Origin: Gammaproteobacteria bacterium
GTDB lineage: Bacteria; Pseudomonadota; Gammaproteobacteria; JAKDMP01
Reading direction: 5' to 3'
Length of the DNA: 64,000 nt
Assembly (NCBI GenBank): GCA_050739575.1
Contig: JBOIBN010000001.1
Location: 26,608 to 90,607 of the forward strand
Part shown: piece by piece, positions 49,215 to 60,303 of the stretch
Numbering within the stretch: the first letter of the stretch is position 1
Layout of the letters: every line of letters begins with the position of its first letter
Program-made: the position numbers and the translations under genes
Notes under the pieces: model-generated
What the model was told of the DNA's origin: nothing
What the model saw: only the letters and a program-made list of their open reading frames with translations
The model's database searches: none

Positions 49215-50042
49215 ATGATAAAAATGCTTCTATTCGCGGCGGCTTCTGCACTGCCGCTCGCCAGCCTCGGCGCCATCACACAGCTGGCGTCCCCGTCCGA
49301 GTCCCCCGCTCTGCAATTTCTCAAGAAGCAGGGGCTCACGGTGGATTCCAGCTTTAGCGCCGTCGGGGGACTCACCGGCTACATCGGCACCACCCCGGAC
49401 GGGCATCCCGTCGTGTTTTTTGTACCTCCCGACGGCTCGGTCGCGATCTTCGGCACGCTGGTGGATGCCTACGGCCACAATCTGACTCAAGCCTACGGAA
49501 ACCGCTATATTCAGAAACCTGAAAATCAGAAAAACTACGGGAAACTTGCGGCCCGGAACTGGATCGCTGCGGGCGATCCGAATCCCCGGCGCATCGTCTA
49601 TGCCTTCATCGATCCCAACTGCCCATACTGCTGGCAATTCTGGGAGGCGGCCCGCAATCGGCCCGGCGTACAGGTTCGTTACCTGATGGTCGGGATACTC
49701 GGTCAATCCAGCATCGGCAAGGCGGCCGCGATCCTCGCCGCCAAAGATCCAGCGCATGCGCTAACCGAAAATGAGACCGGATTCCGCAATCACGAGGGCG
49801 CCATCACACCGCTCGCATCGGTGCCCGGCTCACTGATGCAGGAACTCAACGGCAACGCCGAGTTGATGAAAAGCTTCGGTTTAGACGGCACACCGGGATT
49901 GGTCTGGCAAACGGATTCGGGCGAAATCGAGACCTCGAACGGCCTTCCGGACACCGGGGAAATGTCGTCGATCTTCGGAACTGGCGGCACGAATCTCCAG
50001 CCGCAAGCTCCCGGCAAGCCATCGCACGACAATCTCGAGTAA
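49215..50042 (+). CDS. Periplasmic thiol:disulfide interchange protein, DsbC/DsbG family
   Basis: Signal peptide, CPYC active site, and an N-terminal dimerisation domain. Confidence 0.7.
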   Translation: MIKMLLFAAASALPLASLGAITQLASPSESPALQFLKKQGLTVDSSFSAVGGLTGYIGTTPDGHPVVFFVPPDGSVAIFGTLVDAYGHNLTQAYGNRYIQKPENQKNYGKLAARNWIAAGDPNPRRIVYAFIDPNCPYCWQFWEAARNRPGVQVRYLMVGILGQSSIGKAAAILAAKDPAHALTENETGFRNHEGAITPLASVPGSLMQELNGNAELMKSFGLDGTPGLVWQTDSGEIETSNGLPDTGEMSSIFGTGGTNLQPQAPGKPSHDNLE

Positions 50043-50335
50043 AGAAAAAATCCTACTCGAGCGAGCTGCGCGCGCTCCAGATCGAACTCGTCAAACCCCA
50101 AGGCGATTTCCTCAAGAACGGCGGACGCATCTACGTCCTCTCTGAAGAAAACCGGCGCGGATCAACCTGATCCGCTACCTGCTCAGCCGGCTCGGTTACC
50201 TGAAAAAAAAGGAAAAGTTCCTGTTCCAAGATCCGAGCAGCGTCTTTTCCTTTGAGCGCGCGCAACTCGACAACGGTATGATCTCAAGTTGAACATTCGC
50301 CTTACGGATCGGTCGGCCGCAACCCGAGTTCGCCT

Positions 50336-50893
50336 TTACAGCGGTTCGAGCACGTAACCTTCTTTTTGCAGGATGACGAGATCGGTCAGGGCAGAGAGCG
50401 TGAGCGTCACCTGCGGGGCAATGTCTGTGTAAGCGATATTGTTGTCCGCAATCGCCTGCCCGCAGACGTAGATCTTCACACCCGCTTGCCGCAGCTGCTG
50501 CATCAAAGCGAGATTCGGATTGGGAGCGCGCATTTTCTGCTTATAGGCCTCATCATTCATAACGATCGGTGTGGCTGGTCCGTGAATTACGACCGCAAAT
50601 TTCAGATGATTGAGGGGTACCTTCGCTGCAACGAAGAGATTGACTGCGCGGGCCACGTGATCCAGTCCTGAATTGACGGTCGAGGCAGAAGTAGAGGCAT
50701 TGGTGAGGTTGAATACCACCTTGTAGGTGGCCTTCCGATCGGGCTGCAGAGCAGCCTTTGGGAGCGGATGGATGCGCCCGGCACCCTTGATCGTGGGCGT
50801 CTGCCAGAAATCGCCGCCGGGAGCGGCGGCACATGCCGTCGCTGCAAACACGAGCAAAGCGCCGGCAATAAAGCAGGAAAGAATTCTGGGCAT
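50336..50893 (-). CDS. DsrE/DsrF-like family protein with a signal peptide
   Basis: The start was chosen at MPRILSCFIAGALLVFAATACAA. It has the DsrE-like fold signature VKIYVCGQA. Confidence 0.55.
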   Translation of the reverse strand: MPRILSCFIAGALLVFAATACAAAPGGDFWQTPTIKGAGRIHPLPKAALQPDRKATYKVVFNLTNASTSASTVNSGLDHVARAVNLFVAAKVPLNHLKFAVVIHGPATPIVMNDEAYKQKMRAPNPNLALMQQLRQAGVKIYVCGQAIADNNIAYTDIAPQVTLTLSALTDLVILQKEGYVLEPL

Positions 50894-50966
50894 GATGACT
50901 TCTCCTTTACGATTTGCGAACCGAAGTTTCTCGTTCGGGAACCGGATTATGAGCTGCGTGTTCCCG

Positions 50967-52298
50967 TTAATTGCGCAGCCAGTCGGGAATGGATACGGAA
51001 TAGACGAAACCATCCTGACTGCCGACGAAGACGTTCTGATTGATTATGACGGGCCCGCCGGGCGACAACGCCACGTCGGGGGAAGCGGAAACAGAGCCAC
51101 CGAGCTTGAGTTTGGGGACCACGTAGCCGCTCGCGCGCCGGACGCGTGCGCCGGTATCCGCATCGAGCACGTGCAGATAGCCGTTGGTATCGCCGAAGAA
51201 GACGTTACCGTCGAAGACGACCGGCGCGCCCTTGATTCCGGCGCGCACATTGCGTTCCCAGATCATCCGCCCGGTCTTGATGTCGAAGGCGTAGAAGGTG
51301 TCCGTGTAAGGACTGCCGACGTAGGCCCTGCCATCGGCGATGGTCGGCGCGCCGGCGGTATTGTTGTTCTGGTCCGGTCCGCCGCCCATGAGCTTTTTCC
51401 ACAGCAGCTTCCCGCTTCTCGCGTCGAAGCCGTAGATGAAGTCGAGATTGCCGCGCATAGCCTTGTACTTTCTCGCCTCTTCCGCCGTCAACTGATCGCG
51501 TGACTTCTTGGCCGTGATCACCACCACTCCTTCGGGTGAAACCGCGGGCGATACGTCGGTGAAGGAGCCATATTCATCATGCTCCCAGAGCTTGCGATGG
51601 GTTTCCAGATCCACCGCGATCACCGAGTTAAGTGCGCCGACGTAGAGAACATGCCCTGCAATGGCAGGCGAGGACATACTCACCCAGCCCGGCAGTTTGA
51701 GGCTCCAGTCAAGCTGACCCGTTCGTGTATCGAGCGCGAGCAGTTCGCCGGCGCCGGTCGCGACGAACAGATCGCCCTGCCAGTAGGCGGGCGTCGGCAT
51801 CGACTCGCCGAGGGTCAGATGATTCCAGATCGTCTCGCCGGTATTCGGATCCACCGCCATCACGCCGCTCAGACCGGTGCCCCGCACTTGGTCATTGTCG
51901 AATATGCGGTTGCCGTAGGCGACGAAAAGGCGACCGCTGACATAAATCATGTCGGCGTGAATCCAGTTCGGCACGTGTCGCCACCAAGGACCGAGATTAC
52001 CCCAGTACTGCTCTCCCGTAATGACGTTGAAGGAAAACATACCGCCCGATTCGTGATTGCCGATGAACAGGCGATCGCCGACGATGACCGGCGTCGCCCG
52101 CACTTGGCCATCGGTGCCAAAGTGCCGATCCGGCAGGGCCGGCGACCCGTTTTCGAAGACGGCATTATGGGTCGGTCCCATGCGGTACTGGGTCCAGTCA
52201 CTTGGTCCGAAAGCCGGGCTGGCACCCGCCGCGGTGACAGCGCAGAAAAACAGGAACCCCGCCGATACCGCGGAAACCAAGACATACAACCGCTTCAC
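50967..52298 (-). CDS. PQQ-like beta-propeller repeat protein (BamB/PQQ-repeat family), secreted
   Basis: Signal peptide, then repeated WxxxxG...DG...Y PQQ-repeat motifs. 443 aa. Confidence 0.65.
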   Translation of the reverse strand: MKRLYVLVSAVSAGFLFFCAVTAAGASPAFGPSDWTQYRMGPTHNAVFENGSPALPDRHFGTDGQVRATPVIVGDRLFIGNHESGGMFSFNVITGEQYWGNLGPWWRHVPNWIHADMIYVSGRLFVAYGNRIFDNDQVRGTGLSGVMAVDPNTGETIWNHLTLGESMPTPAYWQGDLFVATGAGELLALDTRTGQLDWSLKLPGWVSMSSPAIAGHVLYVGALNSVIAVDLETHRKLWEHDEYGSFTDVSPAVSPEGVVVITAKKSRDQLTAEEARKYKAMRGNLDFIYGFDARSGKLLWKKLMGGGPDQNNNTAGAPTIADGRAYVGSPYTDTFYAFDIKTGRMIWERNVRAGIKGAPVVFDGNVFFGDTNGYLHVLDADTGARVRRASGYVVPKLKLGGSVSASPDVALSPGGPVIINQNVFVGSQDGFVYSVSIPDWLRN

Positions 52299-52397
52299 TT
52301 CGCAGCCCTCCTTATCATCGCTTCAAAAACCCGCTCCGGATTGACCGTCGCGTCGACACACATCGCAGGGCGGATGCAAACCTGCGGCATATTAAGG

Positions 52398-52556
52398 AAC
52401 CTCTGATTTATTCAGAGATTCCTTGTGGCGCATGGATGCACCACCGCGAATCGGGCACGTAAGTGCTTGATTCGGTGCAAGGTGAGTCCGGACATACGCC
52501 GGACACGTCGCCTCCGGGCAATTCACAGATGAATTGATCAGAGTTTCTCTAAGATC
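52398..52556 (+). repeat. Intergenic ~160-bp repeat element, copy B
   Basis: About 85% identical to copy A (20942-21100). It lies between two minus-strand genes. Confidence 0.6.
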
Positions 52557-52617
52557 ATCCGGGAGCTCTGCGGTTCCCATCGGTCTAGCAAATCCCGTTA
52601 CCCGCACCCCGCCCGCC

Positions 52618-53346
52618 TTACTGAAACACCGGCGGCGGCACCGCATCGTCGTCTGAGTATCTGCGCGCACGCCGGACTACGGTACGACCGTAGAAGGGGG
52701 CGGCGATCATGCGGAGCACCGCCCGGTTCACCCAATCGGCAAGCGGCGGAAGCGGGCGGCGCACATCCACGATAAGGACAACTCTCGGCTCAGGACTATG
52801 GTTCACGACCTCGTGCGGCCAGGAATCGTCGAAGATCACGCCCTCGCCCTCCTTCCAGACATACGGTTGGCCGGCCACCCGGATCAACGGCGGATCCACG
52901 GCCGGCACACGCACACCCAAGTGATAGCGCAGATAACCGAGGTACGGTCCCTCGTGCAGCGGCACCGATTTCCCTGGTTCGAGCACAGAGAAGAAAGCCT
53001 GCACCATAGCGGGGATGCCCTCGAGCGCGGCACAGGTCGCGGGGCAGCGCGCCCGGTTGCGCTCGGGCCGGTGCCCCAACAGTTCAAGGAGGTATACGTT
53101 CCAGCGTCCTCCCGTCGTGCCGGAAATCTCCCTGGCCGGCGAGTTGACCTCGTGATAGCGCGGCATGGCGACCCGCTGTTCGAGTAGCGCATCCACCTCG
53201 GCTCGTATCTGCGGGTGAGCCCGCTCAAGCGCATGAAGCTCGGGGCAGACATCGTCGATGTCGAAAAAAGCAGCTCTCCCCTCTCCGCCGGCATGGCGGA
53301 AAAGGTAGCGATTTACGACGTTCTTGAATTGATGGTAATCGGCCAT
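52618..53346 (-). CDS. Aspartyl/asparaginyl beta-hydroxylase family protein (LpxO-like 2OG-Fe(II) oxygenase)
   Basis: HEGPYLGYLRYHLGVRVP, with His and Asp ligand-type motifs. Confidence 0.65.
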   Translation of the reverse strand: MADYHQFKNVVNRYLFRHAGGEGRAAFFDIDDVCPELHALERAHPQIRAEVDALLEQRVAMPRYHEVNSPAREISGTTGGRWNVYLLELLGHRPERNRARCPATCAALEGIPAMVQAFFSVLEPGKSVPLHEGPYLGYLRYHLGVRVPAVDPPLIRVAGQPYVWKEGEGVIFDDSWPHEVVNHSPEPRVVLIVDVRRPLPPLADWVNRAVLRMIAAPFYGRTVVRRARRYSDDDAVPPPVFQ

Positions 53347-53467
53347 CCTTGCATCCCATCTTCAGGCATCACGACGTAACAAATGGAGATCTGAATTTTA
53401 CGCCTCCGTCAGCGCGAAGGCACGCCCGCAGCCGTAAATGTCTTATGTAGTCGGCGGCGCCATTGAT

Positions 53468-53542
53468 TGGCTGGGGGACTAGGATTCGAACCTAGGTTGG
53501 CGGAGTCAGAGTCCGCAGTCCTACCGCTAGACGATCCCCCAG
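53468..53542 (-). tRNA. tRNA-Gln (anticodon CUG), CCA encoded
   Basis: The reverse complement, TGGGGGATCGTCTAGCGGTAGGACTGCGGACTCTGACTCCGCCAACCTAGGTTCGAATCCTAGTCCCCCAGCCA, resembles E. coli tRNA-Gln. Confidence 0.8.
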
Positions 53543-53574
53543 TTGCGGCCGCCGACCGGGAACCGATGCGCCGA

Positions 53575-53970
53575 TCAGCGCTTGCTGTACTGGGGCGCGC
53601 GCCGGGCCTTGTGCAGCCCGACCTTTTTGCGCTCCACCGCACGGGCGTCGCGGGTCATGAATCCGGCCTTGCGCAGCGGAGCCTTCAGGGTCTCGTCGTA
53701 TTCGACCAGGGCGCGGGCTATGCCGTGGCGGATGGCGCCGGCCTGACCGGTCGTTCCGCCGCCGCTGACCGTGGCATAAACGTCGAGGCGTTCCGCGGAA
53801 CCGCTCTCATTCAAAGGTTGGCGCACGATCATGCAGGAGGTCTCGCGTCCGAAGTATTCTTCGAGCGGACGCCGGTTGACGAAGATTTGCCCTCTGCCCG
53901 AACGCAGAAAAACCCGCGCCGCCGCGGTCTTGCGACGGCCGGTACCGTAGTCTTGTTCGCCGAGTGCCAT
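53575..53970 (-). CDS. rpsI: 30S ribosomal protein S9
   Basis: ...[19 protein letters not shown]...[11 protein letters not shown]. Confidence 0.9.
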   Translation of the reverse strand: MALGEQDYGTGRRKTAAARVFLRSGRGQIFVNRRPLEEYFGRETSCMIVRQPLNESGSAERLDVYATVSGGGTTGQAGAIRHGIARALVEYDETLKAPLRKAGFMTRDARAVERKKVGLHKARRAPQYSKR

Positions 53971-53982
53971 GGCGGAATATCC

Positions 53983-54411
53983 TTAAAGCTTGAGTTCTTC
54001 GGGTTTCTGGGAGGCATGCGGGTGTTCACCGCCCGCATACACCTTGAGCTTGCGGTACATCGCGCGCCCCAGCGGATTCTTCGGCAGCATGCCCCGCACC
54101 GCCTGTTCTATCACCCGGCGCGCATCCTTCTCGATCTGCTTTTCGAAGCTCGTCGCCTTCATGTTGCCAATGTAGCCGGTATGCCGATAATAGATTTTCT
54201 GCTTGCGCTTGCGCCCGGTCACGCGGACCTTCTCCGCGTTGACCACGACGATGTGATCGCCCGTATCCACGTGCGTCGTGTATTCCGGCTTGTGCTTGCC
54301 CTTCAGCCGGTGCGCAATCTCCGAGGCCAGACGACCTAGTACCTGCCCGTCGGCATTCACGACGTACCAACCGCGGCGCACGGTTTCCGGCTTGGCCGAT
54401 AGGGTTTTCAT
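53983..54411 (-). CDS. rplM: 50S ribosomal protein L13
   Basis: [30 protein letters not shown]... Confidence 0.9.
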   Translation of the reverse strand: MKTLSAKPETVRRGWYVVNADGQVLGRLASEIAHRLKGKHKPEYTTHVDTGDHIVVVNAEKVRVTGRKRKQKIYYRHTGYIGNMKATSFEKQIEKDARRVIEQAVRGMLPKNPLGRAMYRKLKVYAGGEHPHASQKPEELKL

Positions 54412-54499
54412 TGCAGAGCCTAGTGCCTCCAGTACAGCCGTATAGGATACCGGAGCTTCGGTCCTTCCCGCAAGGGCAAGGCCAGCAAGAATGGGAGGA

Positions 54500-54817
54500 T
54501 TAGCCGGGAAGGCGCAGGCGCTCGACGAGGCGGCCGGCGACGAGGTGCTCGTCTATGATTTCATCAATATCGTCGGCGTCGTCGTATGTGTACCAAACCC
54601 CCTCGGGGTAGACCACGGCCACCGGACCCTCGGCGCAGCGGTCGAGACAGCCGCTCTTGTTGACGCGCATTTGCCCCGGACCCGCGAGACCGAGCGCCTT
54701 CAATCGGCGCTTGGCGTGCTCGCGCATGGCCTCCGCGTTGTGCTGGGCGCAACATTGCGAGCCGTCGTCGCGCCGATTGACGCACATAAACAGATGCCGG
54801 CGGTAATAGCCCATCAC
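54500..54817 (-). CDS. Thioredoxin-like [2Fe-2S] ferredoxin family protein
   Basis: 105 aa, with a Cys pattern C..CC...C...C typical of (2Fe-2S) ferredoxin-like proteins. Confidence 0.5.
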   Translation of the reverse strand: MMGYYRRHLFMCVNRRDDGSQCCAQHNAEAMREHAKRRLKALGLAGPGQMRVNKSGCLDRCAEGPVAVVYPEGVWYTYDDADDIDEIIDEHLVAGRLVERLRLPG

Positions 54818-55596
54818 GGACTGGCGAAGATCGAACTGCCAAAAGCGTACTGAATCGAAACCGAGGTGAAACTAGTCGTCTGGGGACCCATAAACACGTT
54901 CGAATTGTGCTGGATATTGTAGGCCAGCACGAAGGCGAGGTTGCCGATGAGCTGCGCCTTGACATTGGCCTGAAACTGTGAATAAAGATTGAAGTTGCTC
55001 TTCTCGAGCGTCACATTCTCGCCGACCGAACCGGTGCTGCTGAATTGCCAAGAGTATTCCTCGACGCCTCGGATCACCCCTGAGCGCTGGCTACCGTCGC
55101 CGATCTGCTCGGCCTGGGTCGCACCGACGCCAGCTTCCAGCTTCAAAGTCTGGGTTTTCGTGTTTATCAGGCTATAGCCATAACCGGCAACTTCCGAACC
55201 CTGGTAGCGATAGCCGCTGAAGCGGTCGTGGATGTAGCCGAGATAACCGAAAACGTAGCTACGCGGGCTCAGAAGCAGATTGGATTGCCAGGCGCCGAAA
55301 TACTGTTCGGCCGTCGTGTTGTCGTTGGTGCTCGCCGAGATCGCGCGCAAATCGAGCATATGCTGCCAATTCTCGCTGTTGTAGCCAAGTTTCAGCTCGG
55401 TGTTCAGGCTGGTCGTCGTATCCGCGCTGTGCGTGGCGAGATATCCGAGCGAGAAGTTGCCGCCGAAGCCCATGACCTTCGGCGGTTCCCCGGGATTCTG
55501 GATCAGCGTGTTATCGGCAAGGTTTGCGAGTCCGCCCGGTCCCAAGGAAATCCCGGAGGTGAGCAGACTCGTTGCAAGTGCGGCGGCGGCAATCAT
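54814..55596 (-). CDS. Outer-membrane beta-barrel protein, DUF481 (YdiY-like)
   Basis: Signal peptide MIAAAALATSLL, alternating beta-strand pattern, and a C-terminal aromatic residue. Confidence 0.5.
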   Translation of the reverse strand: MIAAAALATSLLTSGISLGPGGLANLADNTLIQNPGEPPKVMGFGGNFSLGYLATHSADTTTSLNTELKLGYNSENWQHMLDLRAISASTNDNTTAEQYFGAWQSNLLLSPRSYVFGYLGYIHDRFSGYRYQGSEVAGYGYSLINTKTQTLKLEAGVGATQAEQIGDGSQRSGVIRGVEEYSWQFSSTGSVGENVTLEKSNFNLYSQFQANVKAQLIGNLAFVLAYNIQHNSNVFMGPQTTSFTSVSIQYAFGSSIFASP

Positions 55597-55641
55597 GAAT
55601 GGATGTCTCAGCGGACCTGAAATGACGCTTATGATAACAAT

Positions 55642-56847
55642 ATGCATGAAATCGAATCAGCCATGCGCCGTGCACTTATAACCGACGCCGAGCGCTGTGT
55701 GAAGTGCGCGTTGTGCCTGCCGCATTGCCCGACATACGGACTCAAGCACGAGGAGGGCGACTCCCCGCGCGGCAGAATTGCACTTATCCAAGCACTCGCC
55801 GAAAATTCACTCGCCCCCACCCCAGCGACGTTGCAACATCTGGATGGTTGCCTCACGTGCCGCGCCTGCGAGGCGGTATGTCCGGCGGACGTGCCCTATG
55901 GACGCTTGATCGACGGCGCCCGCGCCGACCTCGCGGCGCTCGGGAAACCGTCGTGGTTCACGCGTCTCGTCATGCATGCGGCACGTCACCCCGGCCTGAT
56001 CACCCGCGTTGTGCCACGGCTGCATTGGGCGGCCCGTCTCCCGTTGCCGAGCGCCCTAGCACGGCTGCGTCCCTACTTACAGTCCCTGCACGCCCTGCCG
56101 CCGCTCGCGCGCGGCCCGGCGGACGGAGAACCCGTCGCGCTTTTTCTCGGCTGCATCGCCCGCGCACTCGACACCGAGGCCCTCGGCGCAAGCGCCGAAC
56201 TTCTCGCCGCGGCCGGTTACCGCGTCGAAACGCCGCCCGGGCAAACCTGCTGCGGCGCACTCGCGCTGCATAGCGGCGACCGCGTGACGGCGCACCAACT
56301 TGCGGCACGCAATTTAGTCGCATTCGAGGATCAACCGATGATCGTCGCGGCCGCCACCGGTTGCACTGCTCAGTTCGCGGAATACGGTGCGCTGCTGGAA
56401 CAAGACGACGGATTTTCGCGCCGCGTTCACGACGTGACCGATCTCCTTGCACGGGCGCTCGAAGAGGGCCGGCTCTCCTTGCGGCAAAGTGAACGCACGC
56501 GGGTCGCCCTGCACACGCCCTGCACCCTGCGCAACGTGCTGCGTTCCGATGCCGGTCGACGTTGCCTCGCGGCACTCACCAATGTGGACATCGTCGAGCT
56601 TCCGCCCGGCTGCTGCGGCGCCGCGGGGAGCTACTTCCTCGATCGTCCGCAGGATTCCGAGGCATTGCGCATACCGCTGCTCGGTGCCATCCGCGACGCG
56701 CGGGCGGACTGCGTGGTCACGGCGAACGTCGGCTGCCGGCTGCACCTCGCGGCCGGTCTCGCCGGGGATCCGTCGGCCCCAAAAGTGCTGCACATCGCGA
56801 GTTTCCTCGCCCGGCGCCTCCTCGCGAACGCTAGAATTCCCTCGTGA
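55642..56847 (+). CDS. GlcF-like (Fe-S)-binding protein: two 4Fe-4S ferredoxin motifs plus two CCG domains
   Basis: CVKCALCLPHCP and CLTCRACEAVCP ferredoxin motifs, with QTCCGALAL and PGCCGAAGSY. No glcD or glcE is adjacent. Confidence 0.7.
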   Translation: MHEIESAMRRALITDAERCVKCALCLPHCPTYGLKHEEGDSPRGRIALIQALAENSLAPTPATLQHLDGCLTCRACEAVCPADVPYGRLIDGARADLAALGKPSWFTRLVMHAARHPGLITRVVPRLHWAARLPLPSALARLRPYLQSLHALPPLARGPADGEPVALFLGCIARALDTEALGASAELLAAAGYRVETPPGQTCCGALALHSGDRVTAHQLAARNLVAFEDQPMIVAAATGCTAQFAEYGALLEQDDGFSRRVHDVTDLLARALEEGRLSLRQSERTRVALHTPCTLRNVLRSDAGRRCLAALTNVDIVELPPGCCGAAGSYFLDRPQDSEALRIPLLGAIRDARADCVVTANVGCRLHLAAGLAGDPSAPKVLHIASFLARRLLANARIPS

Positions 56848-57491
56848 ACCGACGTCCGCTGACCCCGCCCGAAAGAATACTGATCGGAGTCGACCGCGTG
56901 CTCCGAACGCTCTACGGGACGCCCCGGGGAACCGGCCGGCCGAATCCCGCCTTGGCCGAAAAGAGCAGGCCACCGCAGGAGACGGCGGCGCAGCAGCGTA
57001 TCGGACGCCTGATGCGAGTCAACTTGGCGGGCGAGGTCGCCGCCCAGGCGCTCTACCACGGGCAAAGCATCACCGCACGCAAGGCCGACGTGGCCGAACG
57101 TCTGCATCGTGCAGCCGACGAGGAGAACGATCATCTCATCTGGTGCCGCGAGCGGCTTGCAGTACTCGACACGCGCCCCAGTCTGCTGAATCCGTTCTGG
57201 TACGCCGGCTCGTTTGCGATCGGCGCATTAGCAGGGCTGATCGGGGACGCCGAAAGCCTCGGTTTTCTGGAGGAAACCGAACGCCAGGTGGTTGAGCATC
57301 TCTCTCGGCACTTGAAGCACGTCCCGGCCGAGGACACGGCGAGCCGCGCATTGCTCGCGCGAATGCGCGAGGATGAGGCCCGTCACGGTCTCAACGCACA
57401 CGCGGCGGGCGCCAAGCGACCGCCTACGGCCGTGCGGCTCGGCATGAAGTTCGCCTCCCGGGTGATGACAGGGACTGCGTACTGGATTTGA
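56844..57491 (+). CDS. coq7: Demethoxyubiquinone hydroxylase Coq7 (di-iron)
   Basis: RVNLAGEVAAQALYHGQ and the second EExxH-type motif. It has a 4-nt overlap with the glcF-like gene. Confidence 0.8.
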   Translation: MNRRPLTPPERILIGVDRVLRTLYGTPRGTGRPNPALAEKSRPPQETAAQQRIGRLMRVNLAGEVAAQALYHGQSITARKADVAERLHRAADEENDHLIWCRERLAVLDTRPSLLNPFWYAGSFAIGALAGLIGDAESLGFLEETERQVVEHLSRHLKHVPAEDTASRALLARMREDEARHGLNAHAAGAKRPPTAVRLGMKFASRVMTGTAYWI

Positions 57492-57515
57492 CGACCTGAA
57501 GCGTCGACTACCGCC

Positions 57516-58220
57516 TCAACCTTCCGAGGCTGCGGCCAATTCCGTACGCATGCGCTTGATCGTCGCAGCATAATCGCCGCTCTTGAAGATCGCCGAGCCG
57601 CTGATGAACGTGTCGGCACCCGCGCGCGCGACAGCGCCGATGTTTTCCGCATCCACTCCACCGTCCACGGCAAGGCGTATCTCGCGGCCGCTCTCGTCGA
57701 TCAGGCGGCGCACGTCGGCGATTTTGCGCAGACTCTCGGCGATGAACTTCTGCCCGCCGAAGCCGGGATTGACCGACATGATGAGCACCCAGTCGAGTCG
57801 CCACAACTCGTAGCGCAGAAGTTCCACCGGCGTCGCCGGATTGAGCACGAGACCCGCCTTCGCGCCGCCGTTCTGGATGCGCTGAAGACTGCGGTCCACG
57901 TGTTCGGTCGCCTCAGGATGAATCAGGATGGCCGCCGCGCCTGCTTCGAGAAAGTCCCCGATCAAACGATCGGTCGGCGTCACCATCAGGTGCGCATCGA
58001 TGGGCGCCTCGATACCGTAATCGCGCAGCGCCTTCAATACCGGTGCGCCGAAGGTGAGATTCGGAACGTAGTGGTTATCCATCACGTCGAAGTGAACGCG
58101 GTCTCCGCCTGCCGCAACCACATTCGCGGCCTCTTTGCCCAAACTGGCGAGATCCGCCGATAATACCGAGGGGCTGATCCAGTATTCGCGCACATAGCGC
58201 TCCGCCCGGAAGAGATGCAC
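57516..58220 (-). CDS. rpe: Ribulose-phosphate 3-epimerase
   Basis: [16 protein letters not shown]... Confidence 0.9.
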   Translation of the reverse strand: MHLFRAERYVREYWISPSVLSADLASLGKEAANVVAAGGDRVHFDVMDNHYVPNLTFGAPVLKALRDYGIEAPIDAHLMVTPTDRLIGDFLEAGAAAILIHPEATEHVDRSLQRIQNGGAKAGLVLNPATPVELLRYELWRLDWVLIMSVNPGFGGQKFIAESLRKIADVRRLIDESGREIRLAVDGGVDAENIGAVARAGADTFISGSAIFKSGDYAATIKRMRTELAAASEG

Positions 58221-58352
58221 AGTTTACGGGACTCGCTCTGGCGAGACTGGCCCGACACACGCGCGCGGCTTCGCTTCATCCGGGTAATGACCCCATTGCA
58301 GCCCGATCAGGATCGGTTGCCGCAAGTATAATAATAGGTTGCTTGCCGCCTT

Positions 58353-60185
58353 TTGCCGCCCGCTCCCATGACAAACGCCATCCGCAACATCGCCATCATC
58401 GCCCACGTGGATCACGGCAAGACCACGCTGGTGGACCGGCTGCTCCAGCAGTCCGGGAGCTTCGCGGCGCGCGCGGAACCCGTCGAGCGGATCATGGACT
58501 CCAACGTGCTGGAGCGCGAGCGCGGCATCACCATCCTCGCCAAGAATACGGCGATCGACTGGCGCGGCTGCCACATCAACATCGTGGACACGCCGGGGCA
58601 TGCGGACTTCGGCGGCGAGGTCGAGCGCGTGCTCAGCATGGTGGATTCGGTGCTACTGCTGGTGGATGCCGTGGACGGGCCCATGCCGCAAACACGCTTC
58701 GTCACCCAAAAAGCGCTCGCCCGCGGACTGCATCCCATCGTCGTCATCAACAAGATAGATCGTCCCGGCGCACGTCCGCACTGGGTACTCGACCGCACCT
58801 TCGATCTGTTCGATCGGCTGGGCGCAACCGAGGCGCAACTGGATTTTCCGGTCCTTTACACCTCCGCGCTCAAAGGTTATGCCGGCACCGACGCGGACGC
58901 GCCGGCCGCCGATATGACGCCGCTCTTCGAGGCTATCGTGAAACACGTGCCGGCGCCCGCGGTGGATCCTGACGGGCCATTGCAACTTCAGGTGAGCGCG
59001 CTCGACTATTCGAGCTACGTCGGCGTGATCGGCATCGGGCGCATCGCGCGCGGCGTGCTCACCGCCAACATGCCGGTCACGGTCGTGAATCGCCACGGCG
59101 AGCGGCGCAACGGCCGCGTGCTGCAGGTGCTCGGCTTCCACGGATTGGAGCGCGTGGAAGTGGACTCCGCCGAAGCCGGCGACATCGTCGCCTTTACCGG
59201 TCTCTCGCCGCTCAACATCTCCGATACGCTGTGCGCGCCGGGCAAGGTCGAGGCGCTTCCCGCGCTCAGCGTGGACGAACCCACCGTAAGCATGACCTTT
59301 CAGGTCAACGATTCTCCCTTCGCCGGGCGCGACGGGAAATACGTTACCAGCCGGCGGCTGCGCGAACGGCTTGAGCGCGAACTCATCCACAACGTCGCAC
59401 TGCAAGTCGAAGATACCGAGGATCCCGACCGCCTGAAGGTTTCCGGACGCGGCGAACTGCATCTTGCGATACTCATCGAGAACATGCGCCGCGAAGGCTA
59501 CGAACTCGGCGTCTCGCGTCCGGAAGTCATCGTGCACGAAGTGAACGGCGAACGCCACGAACCTTTCGAACAACTCGCGGTGGACGTGGAAGAAGTCCAT
59601 CAGGGCGCGGTGATGCAGATCCTCGGCGAGCGGGGCGCCGACTTGCGCGACATGGTACCCGACGGGCGCGGACGCGTGCGCCTGGACTACATCGTTCCGG
59701 CGCGCGGTCTGATCGGGCTGCGCACGCTGTTCCTGAGCGCGACACAGGGGACGGGGCTTCTGTATCACGTCTTCGATCACTACGGCCCGGTCAAGACCGG
59801 GCCGCTCGGCCAGCGCGTCAACGGCGTGCTGATCGCCAACGGCAACGGTCAGGCGATCGCTTATGCGCTGTTCAACCTCCAGGAGCGCGGAAGGCTGTTC
59901 GTCGGACCCGGCGATGCGGTGTACGAAGGCATGATCGTCGGTGAACATACGCGCGCGAACGATCTCGTCGTCAATCCTCTCAAGGCCAAGCAGCTCACCA
60001 ACATTCGCGCCGCTGGTTCGGACGAGAACGTCCTGCTCACGCCGCCCTCGCGGCTCACGCTGGAACAGGCGCTCGAATTCATCGACGACGACGAACTGGT
60101 CGAGGTCACACCGCACAACCTGCGCATGCGCAAAAAGTTGTTGCTGGAGAATCAGCGCAGACGCGCCGCCCGCGCCGTCGGCTAA
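58353..60185 (+). CDS. typA: Translational GTPase TypA/BipA
   Basis: [19 protein letters not shown], and the EF-G-like domain order. Confidence 0.9.
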   Translation: MPPAPMTNAIRNIAIIAHVDHGKTTLVDRLLQQSGSFAARAEPVERIMDSNVLERERGITILAKNTAIDWRGCHINIVDTPGHADFGGEVERVLSMVDSVLLLVDAVDGPMPQTRFVTQKALARGLHPIVVINKIDRPGARPHWVLDRTFDLFDRLGATEAQLDFPVLYTSALKGYAGTDADAPAADMTPLFEAIVKHVPAPAVDPDGPLQLQVSALDYSSYVGVIGIGRIARGVLTANMPVTVVNRHGERRNGRVLQVLGFHGLERVEVDSAEAGDIVAFTGLSPLNISDTLCAPGKVEALPALSVDEPTVSMTFQVNDSPFAGRDGKYVTSRRLRERLERELIHNVALQVEDTEDPDRLKVSGRGELHLAILIENMRREGYELGVSRPEVIVHEVNGERHEPFEQLAVDVEEVHQGAVMQILGERGADLRDMVPDGRGRVRLDYIVPARGLIGLRTLFLSATQGTGLLYHVFDHYGPVKTGPLGQRVNGVLIANGNGQAIAYALFNLQERGRLFVGPGDAVYEGMIVGEHTRANDLVVNPLKAKQLTNIRAAGSDENVLLTPPSRLTLEQALEFIDDDELVEVTPHNLRMRKKLLLENQRRRAARAVG

Positions 60186-60303
60186 CGTCTCCAATAAGTC
60201 CGCAAATATCCCCTGACCCGTGAGCTTTGCGTGACAAATTCCCACCGCTAGCGGCTATGCTGTAGCCGTCGGTCGGGAACGATCGCCACGAAGATTCGAA
60301 ACC

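Noticed and set aside
50043-50335. PPK2-like (polyphosphate kinase 2) gene fragment
   Set aside because: Only a short stretch, YSSELRALQIELVK, is reminiscent of PPK2 N-termini. The reading frame breaks immediately after. It is too weak to call as a feature.
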